A stretch of 50,017 nt of DNA from Thermoplasmata archaeon. GTDB taxonomy: Archaea > Thermoplasmatota > Thermoplasmata > Thermoplasmatales > GCA-001856825. How positions within the stretch are numbered: the first letter of the stretch is position 1; each line of letters starts with the position of its first letter. The DNA lies in NCBI GenBank assembly GCA_021792255.1, contig JAJYUZ010000006.1:1-50017 (forward strand). The letters are read 5' to 3'. The position numbers and the translations under genes are program-made. The notes beneath the pieces were generated by a model. The model was not told the DNA's origin. It did not search any database and saw only the letters and a list, made by a program, of their open reading frames with translations. This document shows, in pieces, positions 29,257 to 41,388 of this stretch.

Positions 29257-31565
29257 TATTTTAGCTCCTTTTTCTCTTCAAGTTCTAACTCTTCATGTTT
29301 AGACAGATAAGGGATTATCAACGTTACCATCAGGGTCAAGATCAAAACGGTGATAAAACTAGGAACTAATATTACTTTCATATAATACATGATTGTTCCA
29401 GGTCTCGTCACGGTTATGGCGCCGATCACAACAATCAATATTGCAGTTGAAAATATGCCAGCAGTTCTCCAGAATGGGTTATGTTTTAGCCTATTTTTAT
29501 ACACTTCGACATTATTTGTGAGTCTTTTGATCAGCGTTACTTTGTCATTTATCTCTTTTCTGGATTTGTCTAAATTGGAACTCAGTTCTAGAATTATTGA
29601 TTCCGATTCCATTTCTTCACTTTCTCTTTTCAAGATTCCGAGTATATCCTGTGTCGAGTAATTGTATTTTTTATTATACAAAATAAGTGCTCGAACAGAT
29701 TTAGCAGTAGCCTGTAAATCCTGCTTCCAGCTTGATGTTTTGGGGTCGAACTCAGATAGTAGATATGATATCCCCTCGTCTATATTCTCTCTTAAGCCGG
29801 TATTGCTTTCAATCTCATTTTTAGCTTGGTCTAACCTGCTCTCTACCTCTAGAAGTGTCTCAATTACGTGCGAGGTCCTTACAACATCCATCCATTTCCC
29901 CCTCAGTTGAAGTTTTCTAAGTTGGTTAAGAATAGCTGCGATCGTAGATTGATATTCAGTTACGGAGGAAATGAAAAAATCTAAGTACCGCAGAAGGTCT
30001 ATTTCTGTTCTTCCTGGTATGAAGGAATTCTCAAGATCCGCAACGTTAATCTGATTGGTAACTTCATTCCACATATTTCTGGATGTTTCTTCAAGCATAG
30101 GAAGATTTAGAATAGGTCTTAATGAAGGCTCGTTCAAGACGTTACGGACTGATATGAATGCAGCTATCTTATCATTTAATGATTGAGAGTAGAAGTTATC
30201 TATGACCCATTTAAGTGATTCGTTTATCGTATCAGAGCCCATCTTAGCCATTTCGCATATGGATGGATACTTCTTATTTGCCAGAGTCAGTAACTTCAAG
30301 AGTCCAGTCGTCGCTCCCATAACTCCATCGTAACTTCCGTGTTTGTAATGCTTCTTAATATCAACAAGTACTGGCTCCAAATATGGTTCGTAACTCATAG
30401 AGTAAGTTTCCAGCATTGATATCAAATCAGTAGTAATCCAAAAATTACCTAACCACATTCTGTTATCAAACTTAGAAAGGAGCCACTGAACAGATTGATC
30501 TATAATCAAATCCACATTTCCAAATGTAGAATACTGGGAGAGTACTAACTGTTTTGCGTATAGTTGGAAGAAGTAGACCTTCTTGTATGAAGCGCTTGTT
30601 CCTTTTAACGTCGATAAGGCATCACTATGCAGAAATTTGTCAACCTCTTCTTCAGTCCATCCCGGCGATAGAATGTAAGTGTTGTGAACATTACTCATTA
30701 TTTTAGAGATGGCGTCAGGAGCAGAATATACAACGAACGGTATTTTGTTTGAAATTGCATTAGATTTCAGGAACAAGTAATCTCCCGTCTCAACTTTCTC
30801 CCTTTCAATAAAGGCCAAACGAGGAGGGCCCTCGGTAATATAACGTACGATGTTTTCCAGAATTTCATTTTGGAATTCCCAATCTATTGAAATGGTACTT
30901 ACTACAACTCTTTCATCCAAGTTAGGTGCGCTCCCTACCATGAGCAATACCCTAAAATTCTGGACTTTGTAAGATGTATCTAACAGCAATGGGATATACG
31001 CTCCTGCGGTCACTGGCACTAAATGAGACCTATAGAAATGGCGCCTGAACTCATTGTTCATACATCTTTCGTTGATCAGCTTGCCAGTAATTTGATTAGG
31101 GAAGACTAGCAAAATGTTGTCACGTGAGTCTTGGTTCACTGAAACTTGACCTTTGCCCGAGTCTTCCTCGTCACTTGGTCTCTCAACTGTCCGAAAGTCA
31201 TAGTTCTTAGGTAAAAAACCAGTAATTCCTGAATCGCCAGATAAATCACCCATGGTCGTTCTAATTCCCCTTTGGGATGAAACAAACAGACCCTTTCCGG
31301 ACTTAATGAAATCCGTTACCCGATCAACATTTTTCTTCAGTGCTTCTAAGACGAATTTATCGCTAGTAACATTAGTAGTCAGAAAGATGCTATCGAAGGT
31401 CTCTAGACAGTTTTCTCCGTTTCCAAAGAGAACATTAACATTCATTGATGTAAAAGACTCGAATTCATAACTTGATAAATTGAGAGACTGAAGCTTTGGT
31501 GTAACGTTAGCAAATCCTGAACGAAGAACCTCACTTTCATTCTGCAAAACTGCAACTCGATACAT
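29256..31565 (-). CDS. Multidomain membrane protein: GATase-like N-terminus, prenyltransferase/terpene-cyclase-like alpha-toroid repeats, coiled coil, 2 C-terminal TM
   Basis: 'FDSIFL..DFIKSGKGLFVSSQ'; repeats such as 'QSVQWLLSKFDNRMW' and 'EGISYLLSEFDPKTSSW...ATAKSVRAL'; two hydrophobic helices at the end. Confidence 0.6.
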   Translation of the reverse strand: MYRVAVLQNESEVLRSGFANVTPKLQSLNLSSYEFESFTSMNVNVLFGNGENCLETFDSIFLTTNVTSDKFVLEALKKNVDRVTDFIKSGKGLFVSSQRGIRTTMGDLSGDSGITGFLPKNYDFRTVERPSDEEDSGKGQVSVNQDSRDNILLVFPNQITGKLINERCMNNEFRRHFYRSHLVPVTAGAYIPLLLDTSYKVQNFRVLLMVGSAPNLDERVVVSTISIDWEFQNEILENIVRYITEGPPRLAFIEREKVETGDYLFLKSNAISNKIPFVVYSAPDAISKIMSNVHNTYILSPGWTEEEVDKFLHSDALSTLKGTSASYKKVYFFQLYAKQLVLSQYSTFGNVDLIIDQSVQWLLSKFDNRMWLGNFWITTDLISMLETYSMSYEPYLEPVLVDIKKHYKHGSYDGVMGATTGLLKLLTLANKKYPSICEMAKMGSDTINESLKWVIDNFYSQSLNDKIAAFISVRNVLNEPSLRPILNLPMLEETSRNMWNEVTNQINVADLENSFIPGRTEIDLLRYLDFFISSVTEYQSTIAAILNQLRKLQLRGKWMDVVRTSHVIETLLEVESRLDQAKNEIESNTGLRENIDEGISYLLSEFDPKTSSWKQDLQATAKSVRALILYNKKYNYSTQDILGILKRESEEMESESIILELSSNLDKSRKEINDKVTLIKRLTNNVEVYKNRLKHNPFWRTAGIFSTAILIVVIGAITVTRPGTIMYYMKVILVPSFITVLILTLMVTLIIPYLSKHEELELEEKKELK

Positions 31566-31567
31566 AG

Positions 31568-32788
31568 CTATCTATACTTCGGATTTGGATTGGAAATGTA
31601 TGTCCTTTTTTTGGCTCGGTCATGGACGATTTTTTCGTATGAGTACCACCTGCCGTCACTTGGAAAAAAATCTTTCGGCAACTGTTTGAGATACATTTCA
31701 CTATGCTCCTTCAACCTCTTGATCAAAGGCGCAGATTCAAAATTATATTGCTGTAGCGCTTTGGAAATAATCGGAGACACTAAATACTCTCCCATTTTAA
31801 AATCAAACATGAAACTATGCATGATTTGATAATTGTACTGATCCTTTTTCAAGCTCTTCCAAGTTCTCTCAACTGGCAACGTCTTAATATTTAAGTCCTG
31901 AATGAGTGATAGATCCTTGTCGACTGATTCCATATCTTTTATTGCAATACCTCTGATTCTCAGGTTTCTATCTATTAAGAAATTGATATTTTGGGCTTGA
32001 GCTTCGAGCTCAAGCCCGCAGACCAACAGAAGAGAAAAATAAACATCTAAGAGCGGAAAGAATAAATCTTGCAATAGGAAGTCTGATATATTCTTTTCCT
32101 GGGCCGTGAAAAGTTGAATGAGGATAGGAATTTGATTGGGATTTTTGTCATCAGAAGCGAAGAGTGAAAATCCGGGAAGTGGAAAGAGATCAGATGATCT
32201 TAGGCCATATGGGTGCGGCTCCCTCAGTACAATCCCCCATTCGCCAGTAACATCACTGCTCTGTGCGACGATAACTCTAGCAAATTTCTCTCGCATTAAG
32301 TATAGAAAGTCTGGCAGCTGACGTCCATCGATAGCCTTTGATATTATGCCGGAGACCTCGACAGCTGATTGAGCATTGTTGACGTGTATCTGACGCGGAA
32401 ATCGACCGATAAGGCCGTCGTAATGAAGTTTAATAAACCAGCCATCTTCACCCGTTGCTTTAACAGTTCTAGCGCTTGAAGTGGGGCTAACTAATAGAGC
32501 ATTGCAATCAATATCTCTACATTCTGAAAAGAAAGAATTTTTGATCATATCGGGATGTACTAACATATCAAATTTCTTGAAGAAGTCTGGCTCCTCTCCG
32601 AATTCGTGGAACGTAAAATGATTAGGGAATTTAACCGAACAAAGACTAAAGGATGTTGTGCTGTCTTTGGGGCGAGTTCCGGATGAAGTTGTGTAAACAT
32701 CGGTAAAGCCACTAGGAGACCCATCGTTTACATATCTCTCTAGATACATATAATCTTCAGTGTTTAATTTAGAATCTCTGAGGAGCAT
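31568..32788 (-). CDS. IucA/IucC (NIS synthetase)-like ATP-dependent enzyme, short divergent form
   Basis: LVHP, SPTSSARTV, FIKL, VLRE, ELEAQAQN (usually ExHxQN) and IKDMES motifs in NIS order. Confidence 0.7.
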   Translation of the reverse strand: MLLRDSKLNTEDYMYLERYVNDGSPSGFTDVYTTSSGTRPKDSTTSFSLCSVKFPNHFTFHEFGEEPDFFKKFDMLVHPDMIKNSFFSECRDIDCNALLVSPTSSARTVKATGEDGWFIKLHYDGLIGRFPRQIHVNNAQSAVEVSGIISKAIDGRQLPDFLYLMREKFARVIVAQSSDVTGEWGIVLREPHPYGLRSSDLFPLPGFSLFASDDKNPNQIPILIQLFTAQEKNISDFLLQDLFFPLLDVYFSLLLVCGLELEAQAQNINFLIDRNLRIRGIAIKDMESVDKDLSLIQDLNIKTLPVERTWKSLKKDQYNYQIMHSFMFDFKMGEYLVSPIISKALQQYNFESAPLIKRLKEHSEMYLKQLPKDFFPSDGRWYSYEKIVHDRAKKRTYISNPNPKYR

Positions 32789-32994
32789 ATTTCAACCGTA
32801 TGTAGAGATGCTTTTTTTATTTTAATTTTTATATCCTTATTTTCATTTGTGTCGCATCAGCCATATTCCTTTTTTTACAATCGAAAATTTGTAGTGGTTA
32901 GTTTTTCATTCCAGAAGCTACTGTGACCGATTCCTTTCTGATCAAAACATCTTCACTTATTACGTTTTGTAAAACCTTCATGTTTGCCTTAAAC

Positions 32995-33282
32995 TCTAAC
33001 TCCGCTCTTTTGCATAATAGGTATCCCTAGCTCATCAATGATGTCCCGTGATTTCTTAGGGATTTCGGATATTTTCCACACCTCCCCTATATTCAGCCTG
33101 CTTATCCTCTCGAGATGCTCTATCACATCCCTTGGGGAATAGTGCTTGAGCAGATCTCTCTTCCTCAGGAGGTCGTAGATGCAGTAGTGGAGCATCAGTG
33201 CTACGAAGTTCACGAACATCCACCCCTGCAACTGGTAGTCGTCCCTCACATAAGTGCGATCGGCATGAATTGTGCCCTTCAA
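32995..33282 (-). pseudogene. IS1634-family transposase C-terminal remnant with terminus
   Basis: 'DRTYVRDDYQLQGWMFVNFVALMLHY...'; end motif TCTAACTCCGCTCTTTTGCA matches the 8203 end at 15/20 positions. Confidence 0.7.
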
Positions 33283-33397
33283 GGTATCTCTCCTTTCTCT
33301 GATCTTTCAGACTAACTATTGTGGCAAAGTATCCAACTCCACCTGCAACCAATCCACCTATGATAGTGAAGATTACAGATACAATTAAGCTCATTAA
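33283..33397 (-). pseudogene. N-terminal TM fragment of a gene truncated by the IS remnant
   Basis: [39 protein letters not shown] runs directly into transposase DNA. Confidence 0.5.
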
Positions 33398-36300
33398 CTG
33401 ACCCACTCATATCCTAACAGTTTTGCCTGTTCTAGTACTGTAACTGTAGCCTTTTCACGCTTGTCAGGTGGATATCCATACTTCTTCAGTATTTTCTTGA
33501 CCATGAGCCTGAGTTTAGCCTGAACACTCTCCCTCTGCGTCCAGTCTATGGTCACGTTGTTCCTGACCGTCTGAACCAATTCTCTTGCAATGGTCCTGAG
33601 AGTCTCGTCTCCAAGCACCTGAACAGCACTCTCATTGTCAGCAAGTGCATCGTAGAATGCCACCTCATCATCACTCAGCCCCATTTTCTTTCCCCTACCC
33701 TGATCTTCCCTCATCTTCTTTGCAACGTCAATCAGCTCCTGGATCACCTGCGCCGTCTCTATGCTCTTGTTTGTGTACTGCCTTATTGCCTTCTCGAGCA
33801 TCTCAAGGAATGATTTCGATTTGACAAGGTTGTTCTTCATCCTGATCTTTATCTGGTCGTTGAGCAGTTTCTTCAGCATTTCAAATGCCAGGTTCTTCTG
33901 TGGCATGTCCTTCACCTCAGCCAGGAATTCATCTGAAAGTATTGATATGTCGGGCTTCTTGAGGCCAGATGAAGCAAATATGTCTATCACCCTGTCAGAG
34001 ACCAGAGCCTCTGAAAGTATCTGTTTGATTGCTGTTTCTGATACGCCGGAGTCTATCCTCCTTGTTTCTGTGTTCTTTATTATTGCCGACCTTACTGCCT
34101 GGAAGAATCCTACGTCATCTCTGATGGACAGTGCCTCATTATCTGGGATGACAAGTGCGAATGCCTTCGTCAGCTCAGAGACGTTGGTGACGAATCTTTC
34201 CTTCCCATCTTCCTGCCCCAGGATGTGATCCATTGCATTCTCTATTATCAGCAACCTCTCATTTGTGTTAGCTGTGAAGAATGACTTGTAATCAAAGCCA
34301 TGAAACATGTCAAGAACTATCTCGTACTTCTCCTTCAGCAGGGCTATTGCTTCATCTATGGGGATGCCAGTTTCCCTTCTGTCCCCATCAGAGTATTCCG
34401 ACAGAGCTTTCTTGAGCTCGAATGCAAGTCCAAGGTAATCGACCACGAGCCCGCCAGATTTTCCACTGAATATTCTGTTCACTCTTGCAATTGCCTGCAT
34501 CAGTGTGTGACCCTTCATCGGTTTGTCGATGTACATGGTGTTCAGTATGGGTGCATCGAACCCTGTCAGCCACATGTCCCTCACGATGGCAATCCTGAAG
34601 GGGTCTTTGGTGTCCTTGAATCTTTCAGCCAGGTACTGCCTCCTCTCCTTGTTCCTAATGTGCTCCTGCCAGCTCTCGCCATCTGCAGCAGAGCCTGTCA
34701 TGATGACCTTTACTACGCCCTTGTCATCATCTCTGCTGTACCATTCAGGTTTGAGCCTGACAATTTCATTATGAAGGTCGATTGCAATCCTCCTGCTCAT
34801 GCAAACGACAAGTGTCTTTCCATCCATCACTGATAGCCTTGATTCCCAGTGCTCCATCATATCCTTTGCTATTGCCCTTATCCTCTTTTCACTCCCAACA
34901 ACCTTCTCGATACTTGCCCACTTGCTCTTTAGCTTCTCCCTGCTCGAGACCTCCTCCCCCTCTGTGACATACTCAAACTTTTGGTCAATGTGCGGTCTCT
35001 CCTCAGGCTTGATGTCCACCTTGGCAAGCCTGCTCTCGTAGTATATCCTTACAGTTGAACCGTCTTCCACAGATTGCTGCACGTCGTAGATATCCACATA
35101 CTTTCCGAACACTGCAGGTGTGCTCCTGTCTGCAGTCTCTATTGGGGTACCAGTGAAACCTATGAACGTAGCATTTGGAATGGCATCTCTCAGGTACTTG
35201 GCGTAGCCATACTTTACAGAGACATCTTCCTCTTCGTCTTTAGAGATATTAGCCCTGAAACCATACTGGCTTCTGTGGGCTTCATCCGCTATTACGATGA
35301 TGTTACTCCTCTCGGATAGAAGGGGAAAATCATTCTTTCCCTCCTCAGGAAGGAACTTCTGTATCGTGGTAAATATAACTCCACCTGAAGAAACGCTTAT
35401 CAAAGATTTTAGGGAATCCCTAGTGACTGCCATCTTTGGTTCCTGGCGAAGTATTTCTGAACATCTTGAGAACGTGCCGAAGAGTTGGTCATCCAGGTCA
35501 TTCCTGTCGGTGAGAACTACGATGGTTGGATTCTCTAATTTGGGTTCAAGGACGAGCTTCCCCGTATAGAAAACCATCGTAAGGCTCTTTCCTGATCCCT
35601 GCGTGTGCCACACTATTCCCGCTTTGTGATTAGAGGCTATTGCGCTGACTGTTGAGATGATTGCCTTATTGGTTGCATTGTACTGCTGGTATGCAGCCAC
35701 CTTCTTTGAAGTTTTTACTGAACCGCCGCTCCTTTCAGTCTCGAAAACGATGAAATTTCTTACTATGTCTAGGAGCGTTTCTGGTGAAAGCATCCCTCTT
35801 ATTAACGTCTCTAGTTGAGTCAGACCCTTGGGTTTCTCATAATTCACTGTTTTCCACTGTGAGTATCTCTCTCTTTCTGTAGTTATTGTGCCGTATCTAG
35901 TCTCCAGTCCATCGCTTATTATGCATATCTCATTGAACCTGAATATCGAGGGTATCTCACTGATATAAGTGCCTATCTGCCTGTATGCAGACCATATCGT
36001 CGCATTCTCATCCTCTGGATTCTTCAGTTCTATGAGGACAATGGGAATTCCGTTCACAAATAAGACGATATCGGGCCTCCTTTCATGCTTGTTCTCTATG
36101 ATGGTAAACTGGTTAACTGCCAGGAACTCATTATTCTCTATGTGCTGGAAGTCGAATAGAAATATCTTGTCGTGCCTTGTTGACCCATCACTCCTCTTGT
36201 ATTGAACATCTATGCCATTGACAAGCATCCTGTGGAAATCGTGGTTATTCGAAACCGAGTCCTGACTCTCATTCTTCGTCAGTATCCTTATGGCATCGTC

Positions 36301-36501
36301 TATTGCTTCACTTGGAAACCCAAGATTTATCAGTTGAAGTCTTTCTTTGAGTCTTCCGATCAGTAGTGGTTCAGAGTATTCCCTCTCTGGTCCCTTTCCA
36401 CCTGGGGATATGTCAGGCCCGAACTTGACGGAATAACCTATTTCGGAAAGAATGTTTAGGAAAAGTTCTTCAACATCAGATTCAGTCATCCGGTTAGACA
36501 T
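33394..36501 (-). CDS. hsdR: Type I restriction enzyme R subunit
   Basis: [49 protein letters not shown] and QAIARVNR motifs. Confidence 0.96.
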   Translation of the reverse strand: MSNRMTESDVEELFLNILSEIGYSVKFGPDISPGGKGPEREYSEPLLIGRLKERLQLINLGFPSEAIDDAIRILTKNESQDSVSNNHDFHRMLVNGIDVQYKRSDGSTRHDKIFLFDFQHIENNEFLAVNQFTIIENKHERRPDIVLFVNGIPIVLIELKNPEDENATIWSAYRQIGTYISEIPSIFRFNEICIISDGLETRYGTITTERERYSQWKTVNYEKPKGLTQLETLIRGMLSPETLLDIVRNFIVFETERSGGSVKTSKKVAAYQQYNATNKAIISTVSAIASNHKAGIVWHTQGSGKSLTMVFYTGKLVLEPKLENPTIVVLTDRNDLDDQLFGTFSRCSEILRQEPKMAVTRDSLKSLISVSSGGVIFTTIQKFLPEEGKNDFPLLSERSNIIVIADEAHRSQYGFRANISKDEEEDVSVKYGYAKYLRDAIPNATFIGFTGTPIETADRSTPAVFGKYVDIYDVQQSVEDGSTVRIYYESRLAKVDIKPEERPHIDQKFEYVTEGEEVSSREKLKSKWASIEKVVGSEKRIRAIAKDMMEHWESRLSVMDGKTLVVCMSRRIAIDLHNEIVRLKPEWYSRDDDKGVVKVIMTGSAADGESWQEHIRNKERRQYLAERFKDTKDPFRIAIVRDMWLTGFDAPILNTMYIDKPMKGHTLMQAIARVNRIFSGKSGGLVVDYLGLAFELKKALSEYSDGDRRETGIPIDEAIALLKEKYEIVLDMFHGFDYKSFFTANTNERLLIIENAMDHILGQEDGKERFVTNVSELTKAFALVIPDNEALSIRDDVGFFQAVRSAIIKNTETRRIDSGVSETAIKQILSEALVSDRVIDIFASSGLKKPDISILSDEFLAEVKDMPQKNLAFEMLKKLLNDQIKIRMKNNLVKSKSFLEMLEKAIRQYTNKSIETAQVIQELIDVAKKMREDQGRGKKMGLSDDEVAFYDALADNESAVQVLGDETLRTIARELVQTVRNNVTIDWTQRESVQAKLRLMVKKILKKYGYPPDKREKATVTVLEQAKLLGYEWVS

Positions 36502-37836
36502 TTATCCCTCCAAAGGTGCTCTGATTTTACCAGTTAACAATTTTGGTAAAATACTATCCCTTATATTTGACAATGTTGCTTGTTCTTTAGCTAACAATGT
36601 CTGTCGATCAATCAATCTAGATACCATCCAATTGAAATTATCCAATAACTTTAAAGGCGGTTGTATGCACACGCTTTCTTTTATGATTTCCTGACTTATA
36701 TTCTGCTGAGCAGCCCCTGTAGCAATATTGTTAAGTTCATCTCTTTTGAAAAATAACGTGTAAAATAAATATGGATATCCTATTTCGTCTTTGGCAACTA
36801 AACCAGAACAAGCTTGATTTGAAGCCCCATCCACTTTAAGTAAGCCCAATCTACCTACTGTAGGGGATGCATATAACGCAATGAGAATGGTGTTAATTTT
36901 CCACAACTTGCAAGAGGAGTTCATTAGACCTTCTCTCGTTATTTTTTCTGCTGAATCAGTGAGTGGGCGATCGTTTAGTTCACCTGTCTTGAACCAGTTG
37001 ATTTCACCATTCCAATACTTCTTTTCCATCCTTTTAGGGGTACCACCATTTTCTATTGATATACAGAGATCTTTTATTCTCTTAACTTCCCAACTCATCG
37101 GTATCTCTCCCAGTTCGGAATCAACCATCTCCCCTCCGCTTGATTTGTACGGCTTCCCCTCTTCATTTGGGAATTCAAAGTCAATAAACCAATTCCTGAA
37201 TATGGCCTGTGCAATGGCTTCAAGGGTCTTGTTCATCTTCTGGTTGAGTTCAATCTTGGAATCGAGATCGGAGAGGATTTTGGCTATGGCTTTTTGCTCG
37301 TTCAAAGGAGGAACTGGTATCAACTCATTTTTAGACCAGCTTTCGATATCTAGTGCCCACACTACCGATCCAGTACTATATAATACAGCTTTTTTCTGAT
37401 TGAAAATTAGAAAGTAATATAGAAAGTCCTTATTTGTATCATCTTCTATTTTGATTTTTGTTATATGATGAGAGAAAACAGCCCTGTCAACATTATAGCT
37501 ATTCGGAAATTCTACTATAGCTGGTGATCCTAGTAAAGAACCGTCTTTACTTTGTTCTGTGTTAGCAATAACAATTTCTCCTTGTTTAACAAAATTTTTC
37601 TCTTTAAGTCTATCGCTGATTATGTAACAAAATTCCCTCTTAAAGCTCCCACCTTCTTTTATGCTGTTAAGTGTAACAAACAAATATTTTCCACTTTCTA
37701 TGTTTTTTTCAGATCCCTTATAAGAAAACCCCCTAACAAAGCTCGCAACATCGCTTATCTTCTTGTATTTCCAATTTTTTTTAGTTTTTTGTATACATTT
37801 ATCAGGAATAATAGGATCGTTATATTCCAAACCCAA
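36502..37836 (-). CDS. hsdS: Type I R-M specificity subunit
   Basis: Two TRDs separated by the conserved '[23 protein letters not shown]'; ends with '[11 protein letters not shown]'. Confidence 0.95.
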   Translation of the reverse strand: MGLEYNDPIIPDKCIQKTKKNWKYKKISDVASFVRGFSYKGSEKNIESGKYLFVTLNSIKEGGSFKREFCYIISDRLKEKNFVKQGEIVIANTEQSKDGSLLGSPAIVEFPNSYNVDRAVFSHHITKIKIEDDTNKDFLYYFLIFNQKKAVLYSTGSVVWALDIESWSKNELIPVPPLNEQKAIAKILSDLDSKIELNQKMNKTLEAIAQAIFRNWFIDFEFPNEEGKPYKSSGGEMVDSELGEIPMSWEVKRIKDLCISIENGGTPKRMEKKYWNGEINWFKTGELNDRPLTDSAEKITREGLMNSSCKLWKINTILIALYASPTVGRLGLLKVDGASNQACSGLVAKDEIGYPYLFYTLFFKRDELNNIATGAAQQNISQEIIKESVCIQPPLKLLDNFNWMVSRLIDRQTLLAKEQATLSNIRDSILPKLLTGKIRAPLEG

Positions 37837-39352
37837 TCTGCTCCAGATTCTTCTTTATCTCTTCGTCCAGTATATTGCTCTCTTCCATCTGCTGCTTCAG
37901 TTCTGATATAAGTTTCTGCATCTTTTCTTCGAATCTTTCATCATCCTCTTCCTCTTCTTCTGTGCCTACATATCTTCCAGGAGTGAGATAATAGTTATTC
38001 TTTCTTATTTCTTCAGTATCGGAGGATTTACATAAGCCAGGAATATCTTCATACTGGCCTCCTTCTCCCCTCCACGCGTGGTATGTTGATGATATCTTGT
38101 TTATATCCTCATCTGTAAGTATCCTGTGCCTCCTGTCTATCATGGTACCCATTTTCCTTGCGTCGATGAAGAGTGTTTTTCCCGTTCTATCCCTGAATTT
38201 GTTGTTCTTCTTATCCTTCGTGACGAACCACAGGCATGCCGGTATCATCGTGTTGAAAAATAGCTGAGTTGGTAAAGCAACGATACAATCCACCAAGTCC
38301 GCTTCAGTGATGTTCTTTCTTATCTCCCCTTCGTTTGATGTGTTAGAACTCATTGACCCGTTAGCGAGCACAAATCCAGCAATACCTGTTGGCGATAGAT
38401 GATGAATGAAATGCTGGATCCACGCAAAGTTTGCATTTCCGGTTGGCGGTAATCCGTACTTCCACCTGACGTCTTCCCTCAACAAATCCCCCTTCCAGTC
38501 AGAATCGTTGAATGGTGGATTTGCAAGGATGAAATCAGCCTTAAGATCTTTGTGATGGTTATTCAGGAAGCTGTCTCCCCACTTCACTTCATCGGAATCT
38601 ATATTCCTTATCGCAAGATTCATCTTGCAGAGCTTCCAGGTCGTCTGGTTGGATTCCTCCCCGAATATGTGGATATCGTCCAGTCTTCCCTGATGTGCTC
38701 TAATGAACTTCTCGCTCTGAACGAACATCCCACCTGAACCGCAGCAGGGATCAAACACTCTTCCCTTATAGGGTTCTATCATTTCCACGAGCAGTTGCAC
38801 GATTGATTTGGGTGTATAGAACTGCCCACCCTTCTTTCCCTCAGCATCAGCAAACTGGCCTATGAAGTATTCGTATACCCTGCCAAGAATGTCCCTTCCC
38901 TTTGCCTCTTCTGTCCCGAGAGTAATACCGCCTATCAAATCTATAAGTTCGCCCAGTCTTTGTTTATCAAGTGATGGCCTCGAATAATTTGTTGGCAACA
39001 CTCCCTTCAGAGATGGGTTGTCCCTTTCAATGACTTCCATAGCATCGTCTATCGTCCTTCCAATTGTTGGCTGCTTTGCATTCTTCTGCAAATATTCCCA
39101 TCTTGCCTCAGGTGGAACCCAGAAAACATTTCTTGAAATGTACTCATCCCTATCTTCTGGGTCTGAGAGATGCTCTTTGTCATTCTCCAGTTCACTATGA
39201 ACTTCACCAAAGGAATCTGATATGTATTTCAGGAATATCAGGCCAAGAACAACGTGCTTGTATTCGGCAGCATCCATGTTGCTTCTCAGTTTGTCTGCGG
39301 CCTTCCATAACTCCTTCTCTATACTGAGTTCGCTGGTTCCGCTATTTTCCAT
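37820..39352 (-). CDS. hsdM: Type I R-M methyltransferase subunit
   Basis: [24 protein letters not shown] and ANPPFN motifs; likely start MENSG at 39352. Confidence 0.96.
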   Translation of the reverse strand: MENSGTSELSIEKELWKAADKLRSNMDAAEYKHVVLGLIFLKYISDSFGEVHSELENDKEHLSDPEDRDEYISRNVFWVPPEARWEYLQKNAKQPTIGRTIDDAMEVIERDNPSLKGVLPTNYSRPSLDKQRLGELIDLIGGITLGTEEAKGRDILGRVYEYFIGQFADAEGKKGGQFYTPKSIVQLLVEMIEPYKGRVFDPCCGSGGMFVQSEKFIRAHQGRLDDIHIFGEESNQTTWKLCKMNLAIRNIDSDEVKWGDSFLNNHHKDLKADFILANPPFNDSDWKGDLLREDVRWKYGLPPTGNANFAWIQHFIHHLSPTGIAGFVLANGSMSSNTSNEGEIRKNITEADLVDCIVALPTQLFFNTMIPACLWFVTKDKKNNKFRDRTGKTLFIDARKMGTMIDRRHRILTDEDINKISSTYHAWRGEGGQYEDIPGLCKSSDTEEIRKNNYYLTPGRYVGTEEEEEDDERFEEKMQKLISELKQQMEESNILDEEIKKNLEQIGFGI

Positions 39353-39612
39353 CAAGTAAATATGGTCTAACGTTAGAAGTATTTTTCGGGTCAGCACCTT
39401 TGTGAAACGTACCCATCTTCCAAAAGTTTTAGGAGGGGCCTTTGAGGGGCAGGCATAACGTTGATTTGGGACTTAAATAAATAGACCACCTGATAGTTAG
39501 AAAGTCACTCAAAGACCTTAGGGGGGGAAAATGAGGGACAGGCATGAGGTCAATCTTCAGAGGAATAAATAATTCTTTCGGGATTAAGCGAGGCTAAAAG
39601 GACAATCTTGGA

Positions 39613-39927
39613 TCAGTCCAGTATCCTTATCAGTTCGTCCAATTTCTTGGAGAACCTCTTGCCCTTGGCAGTCAACGATACCATATTCCTGGGTGGATAC
39701 TTCCTGCTGTCCATCCTGGTCTTGACCAGGTTCAGCTCCTTCGCCTTCTCTATGCTGGAATACAGCTGGTGAACAGGGATATCCGTCTCCTCCAATATCT
39801 CCGTGAGGGCTTTCTCTTTCTTGTCCGAAAGGTATACTAGCAGTCTCAGGAATCCTGACTGCTTCTCCAGGACCTTCAGGGGATCCATCACTTGGTAATG
39901 GGTAAGAAGTGCATAATGATTTCCCAT
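39613..39927 (-). CDS. Small winged-HTH regulator (MarR/HxlR-like)
   Basis: 'LTEILEETDIPVHQLYSSIEKAKELNLV...SLTAKG'. Confidence 0.75.
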   Translation of the reverse strand: MGNHYALLTHYQVMDPLKVLEKQSGFLRLLVYLSDKKEKALTEILEETDIPVHQLYSSIEKAKELNLVKTRMDSRKYPPRNMVSLTAKGKRFSKKLDELIRILD

Positions 39928-39981
39928 TCAGCAATCAAGAATAGTTAAATGCAAGGAAATGATTGCTTGTTGGACAATCAT

Positions 39982-40737
39982 ATGAAGTCTCTCTTCCCCT
40001 ACTGTGGAGGCAAGTTCAACCAGCTGCGGGATATACTGTAGGTAATGGGGGAGCACAGGAGTTCCTTCGACTTAGTGGTGGATGTCTTCGGTGGTTCAGC
40101 CAAGGTCCTGCTTAACATACCGGACGAGTGGAAGAAGCTGAAGGTCTACAACGACCTTGACAGGGATCTTTATGTCACCTTCAAGGTGCTGCAGAATAAG
40201 AGGAAGAGCCTCGAGCTATCAAGGAGGCTGAGGGTAGCCTTCCAGGATCATGACGCATTCTTCCTGATGAGGAATCGCAATTTCAGGTCAGACGTGGATA
40301 CGGCTTTCAAGGTGTTCTACCTGCAGACCTATTCATTCATGGGTGGCGGGGCCACATTCGGCCGGTACTTCAAGGGGCACAAGAAGAAGGGGTTTCACCT
40401 GGAGGACTTCGTATATGTGAAGGACTGGATTGTGGAGAATATGGATTTCCGTCAGCTGATGGCTAAGTACAACAGGCCAAGAGTGTATTTCTACTTGGAC
40501 CCGCCCTTCCTCTCCTCGGGAAAGAAGTACAAGCACAGCTTCAAGCTTCAGAACCTGATCGACCTGAAGAAGGCAATGGATGAGCACCAGGGAAGCTTCT
40601 TGCTCAACTTGTCATTCTACGATGAAGGAATGGAGGATATTTTTGGGGAGCCTAACAAGACGATAGGTTATGCAAACCCGCTCAACGAGAACGGAAGGAA
40701 GAAGTGGGAGTGCGGGTACTGGTGGAAGCTAAGTTAG
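39982..40737 (+). pseudogene. Dam/D12-class DNA adenine methyltransferase with in-frame TAG at codon 20
   Basis: MKSLFPYCGGKF...DIL-TAG(40039-40041)-VMGE...VDVFGGS...YND...YLDPPF. Confidence 0.75.
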
Positions 40738-41388
40738 ATTTTTGAGCAAATCTTCAACTGGAGTTAAAATTTGATCATCTTTAACCGGATCTGATAAACA
40801 GCTTGGCCAGAGATTAGTTAAACAGAAATATTTCTTACCGTACTGTTCCGATTCTTGGAATTTGTCGAACTCCCTATCCCAGTTCTTTTTTGTTAGAACC
40901 AGAAGGAACATTTTTGCATTGGGGCTAACACTCCTTAAACTATTTTCTCTTTTCCTGAAATTCTTTTCCCACGTGTATCGGTCATATCCAAGCTGGGTCT
41001 TACATTCAATTGCAGAGACGATATTTTTATCTTTATCCTTTACAATAATGTCTGGTACCAAATCTTTCCCATTCTTGATTTTTATTTTTTCCTGGCCTGC
41101 AACTTCATATCTCCCGTGCATTGCCTCCATATACGCTTTTGTATAATACAGAACGGTCTTTTCAAAGAAGTAGGCTGCCGGCTGTTTAACATTATAATGC
41201 AGAAATTCTTTCTCCTTATCCTCTGCCTTATAGAATTCTCTCATTCTTGTCAATACTGCTTTTGTGATCTCATTATTCCTGTACCCTGAATTTATCGCCT
41301 CTACTACCTTATTATAATGAGAATTTAGGCCCTCAGGGCTATATCTTAACCGTTCGCAGTATGCCTCTTCCAACTCGAGTAGCCTCAT
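40729..41388 (-). CDS. PD-(D/E)XK restriction-endonuclease-like protein
   Basis: FFEK...VPDIIVK...AIECKT motif; convergent with and overlapping the methylase gene. Confidence 0.7.
   Translation of the reverse strand: MRLLELEEAYCERLRYSPEGLNSHYNKVVEAINSGYRNNEITKAVLTRMREFYKAEDKEKEFLHYNVKQPAAYFFEKTVLYYTKAYMEAMHGRYEVAGQEKIKIKNGKDLVPDIIVKDKDKNIVSAIECKTQLGYDRYTWEKNFRKRENSLRSVSPNAKMFLLVLTKKNWDREFDKFQESEQYGKKYFCLTNLWPSCLSDPVKDDQILTPVEDLLKNLT

Noticed and set aside
33761-39327. Many + strand ORFs overlapping hsdRSM (and similar antisense ORFs elsewhere)
   Set aside because: Shadow ORFs opposite well-supported genes, with no motifs of their own.
24124-40041. Several in-frame TAG codons in otherwise continuing frames (IS3 remnant, methylase), hinting at amber recoding
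   Set aside because: Intact genes here also terminate at TAG, the IS3 remnant has frameshifts too, and no pyrrolysine machinery is present; ordinary nonsense mutations suffice.
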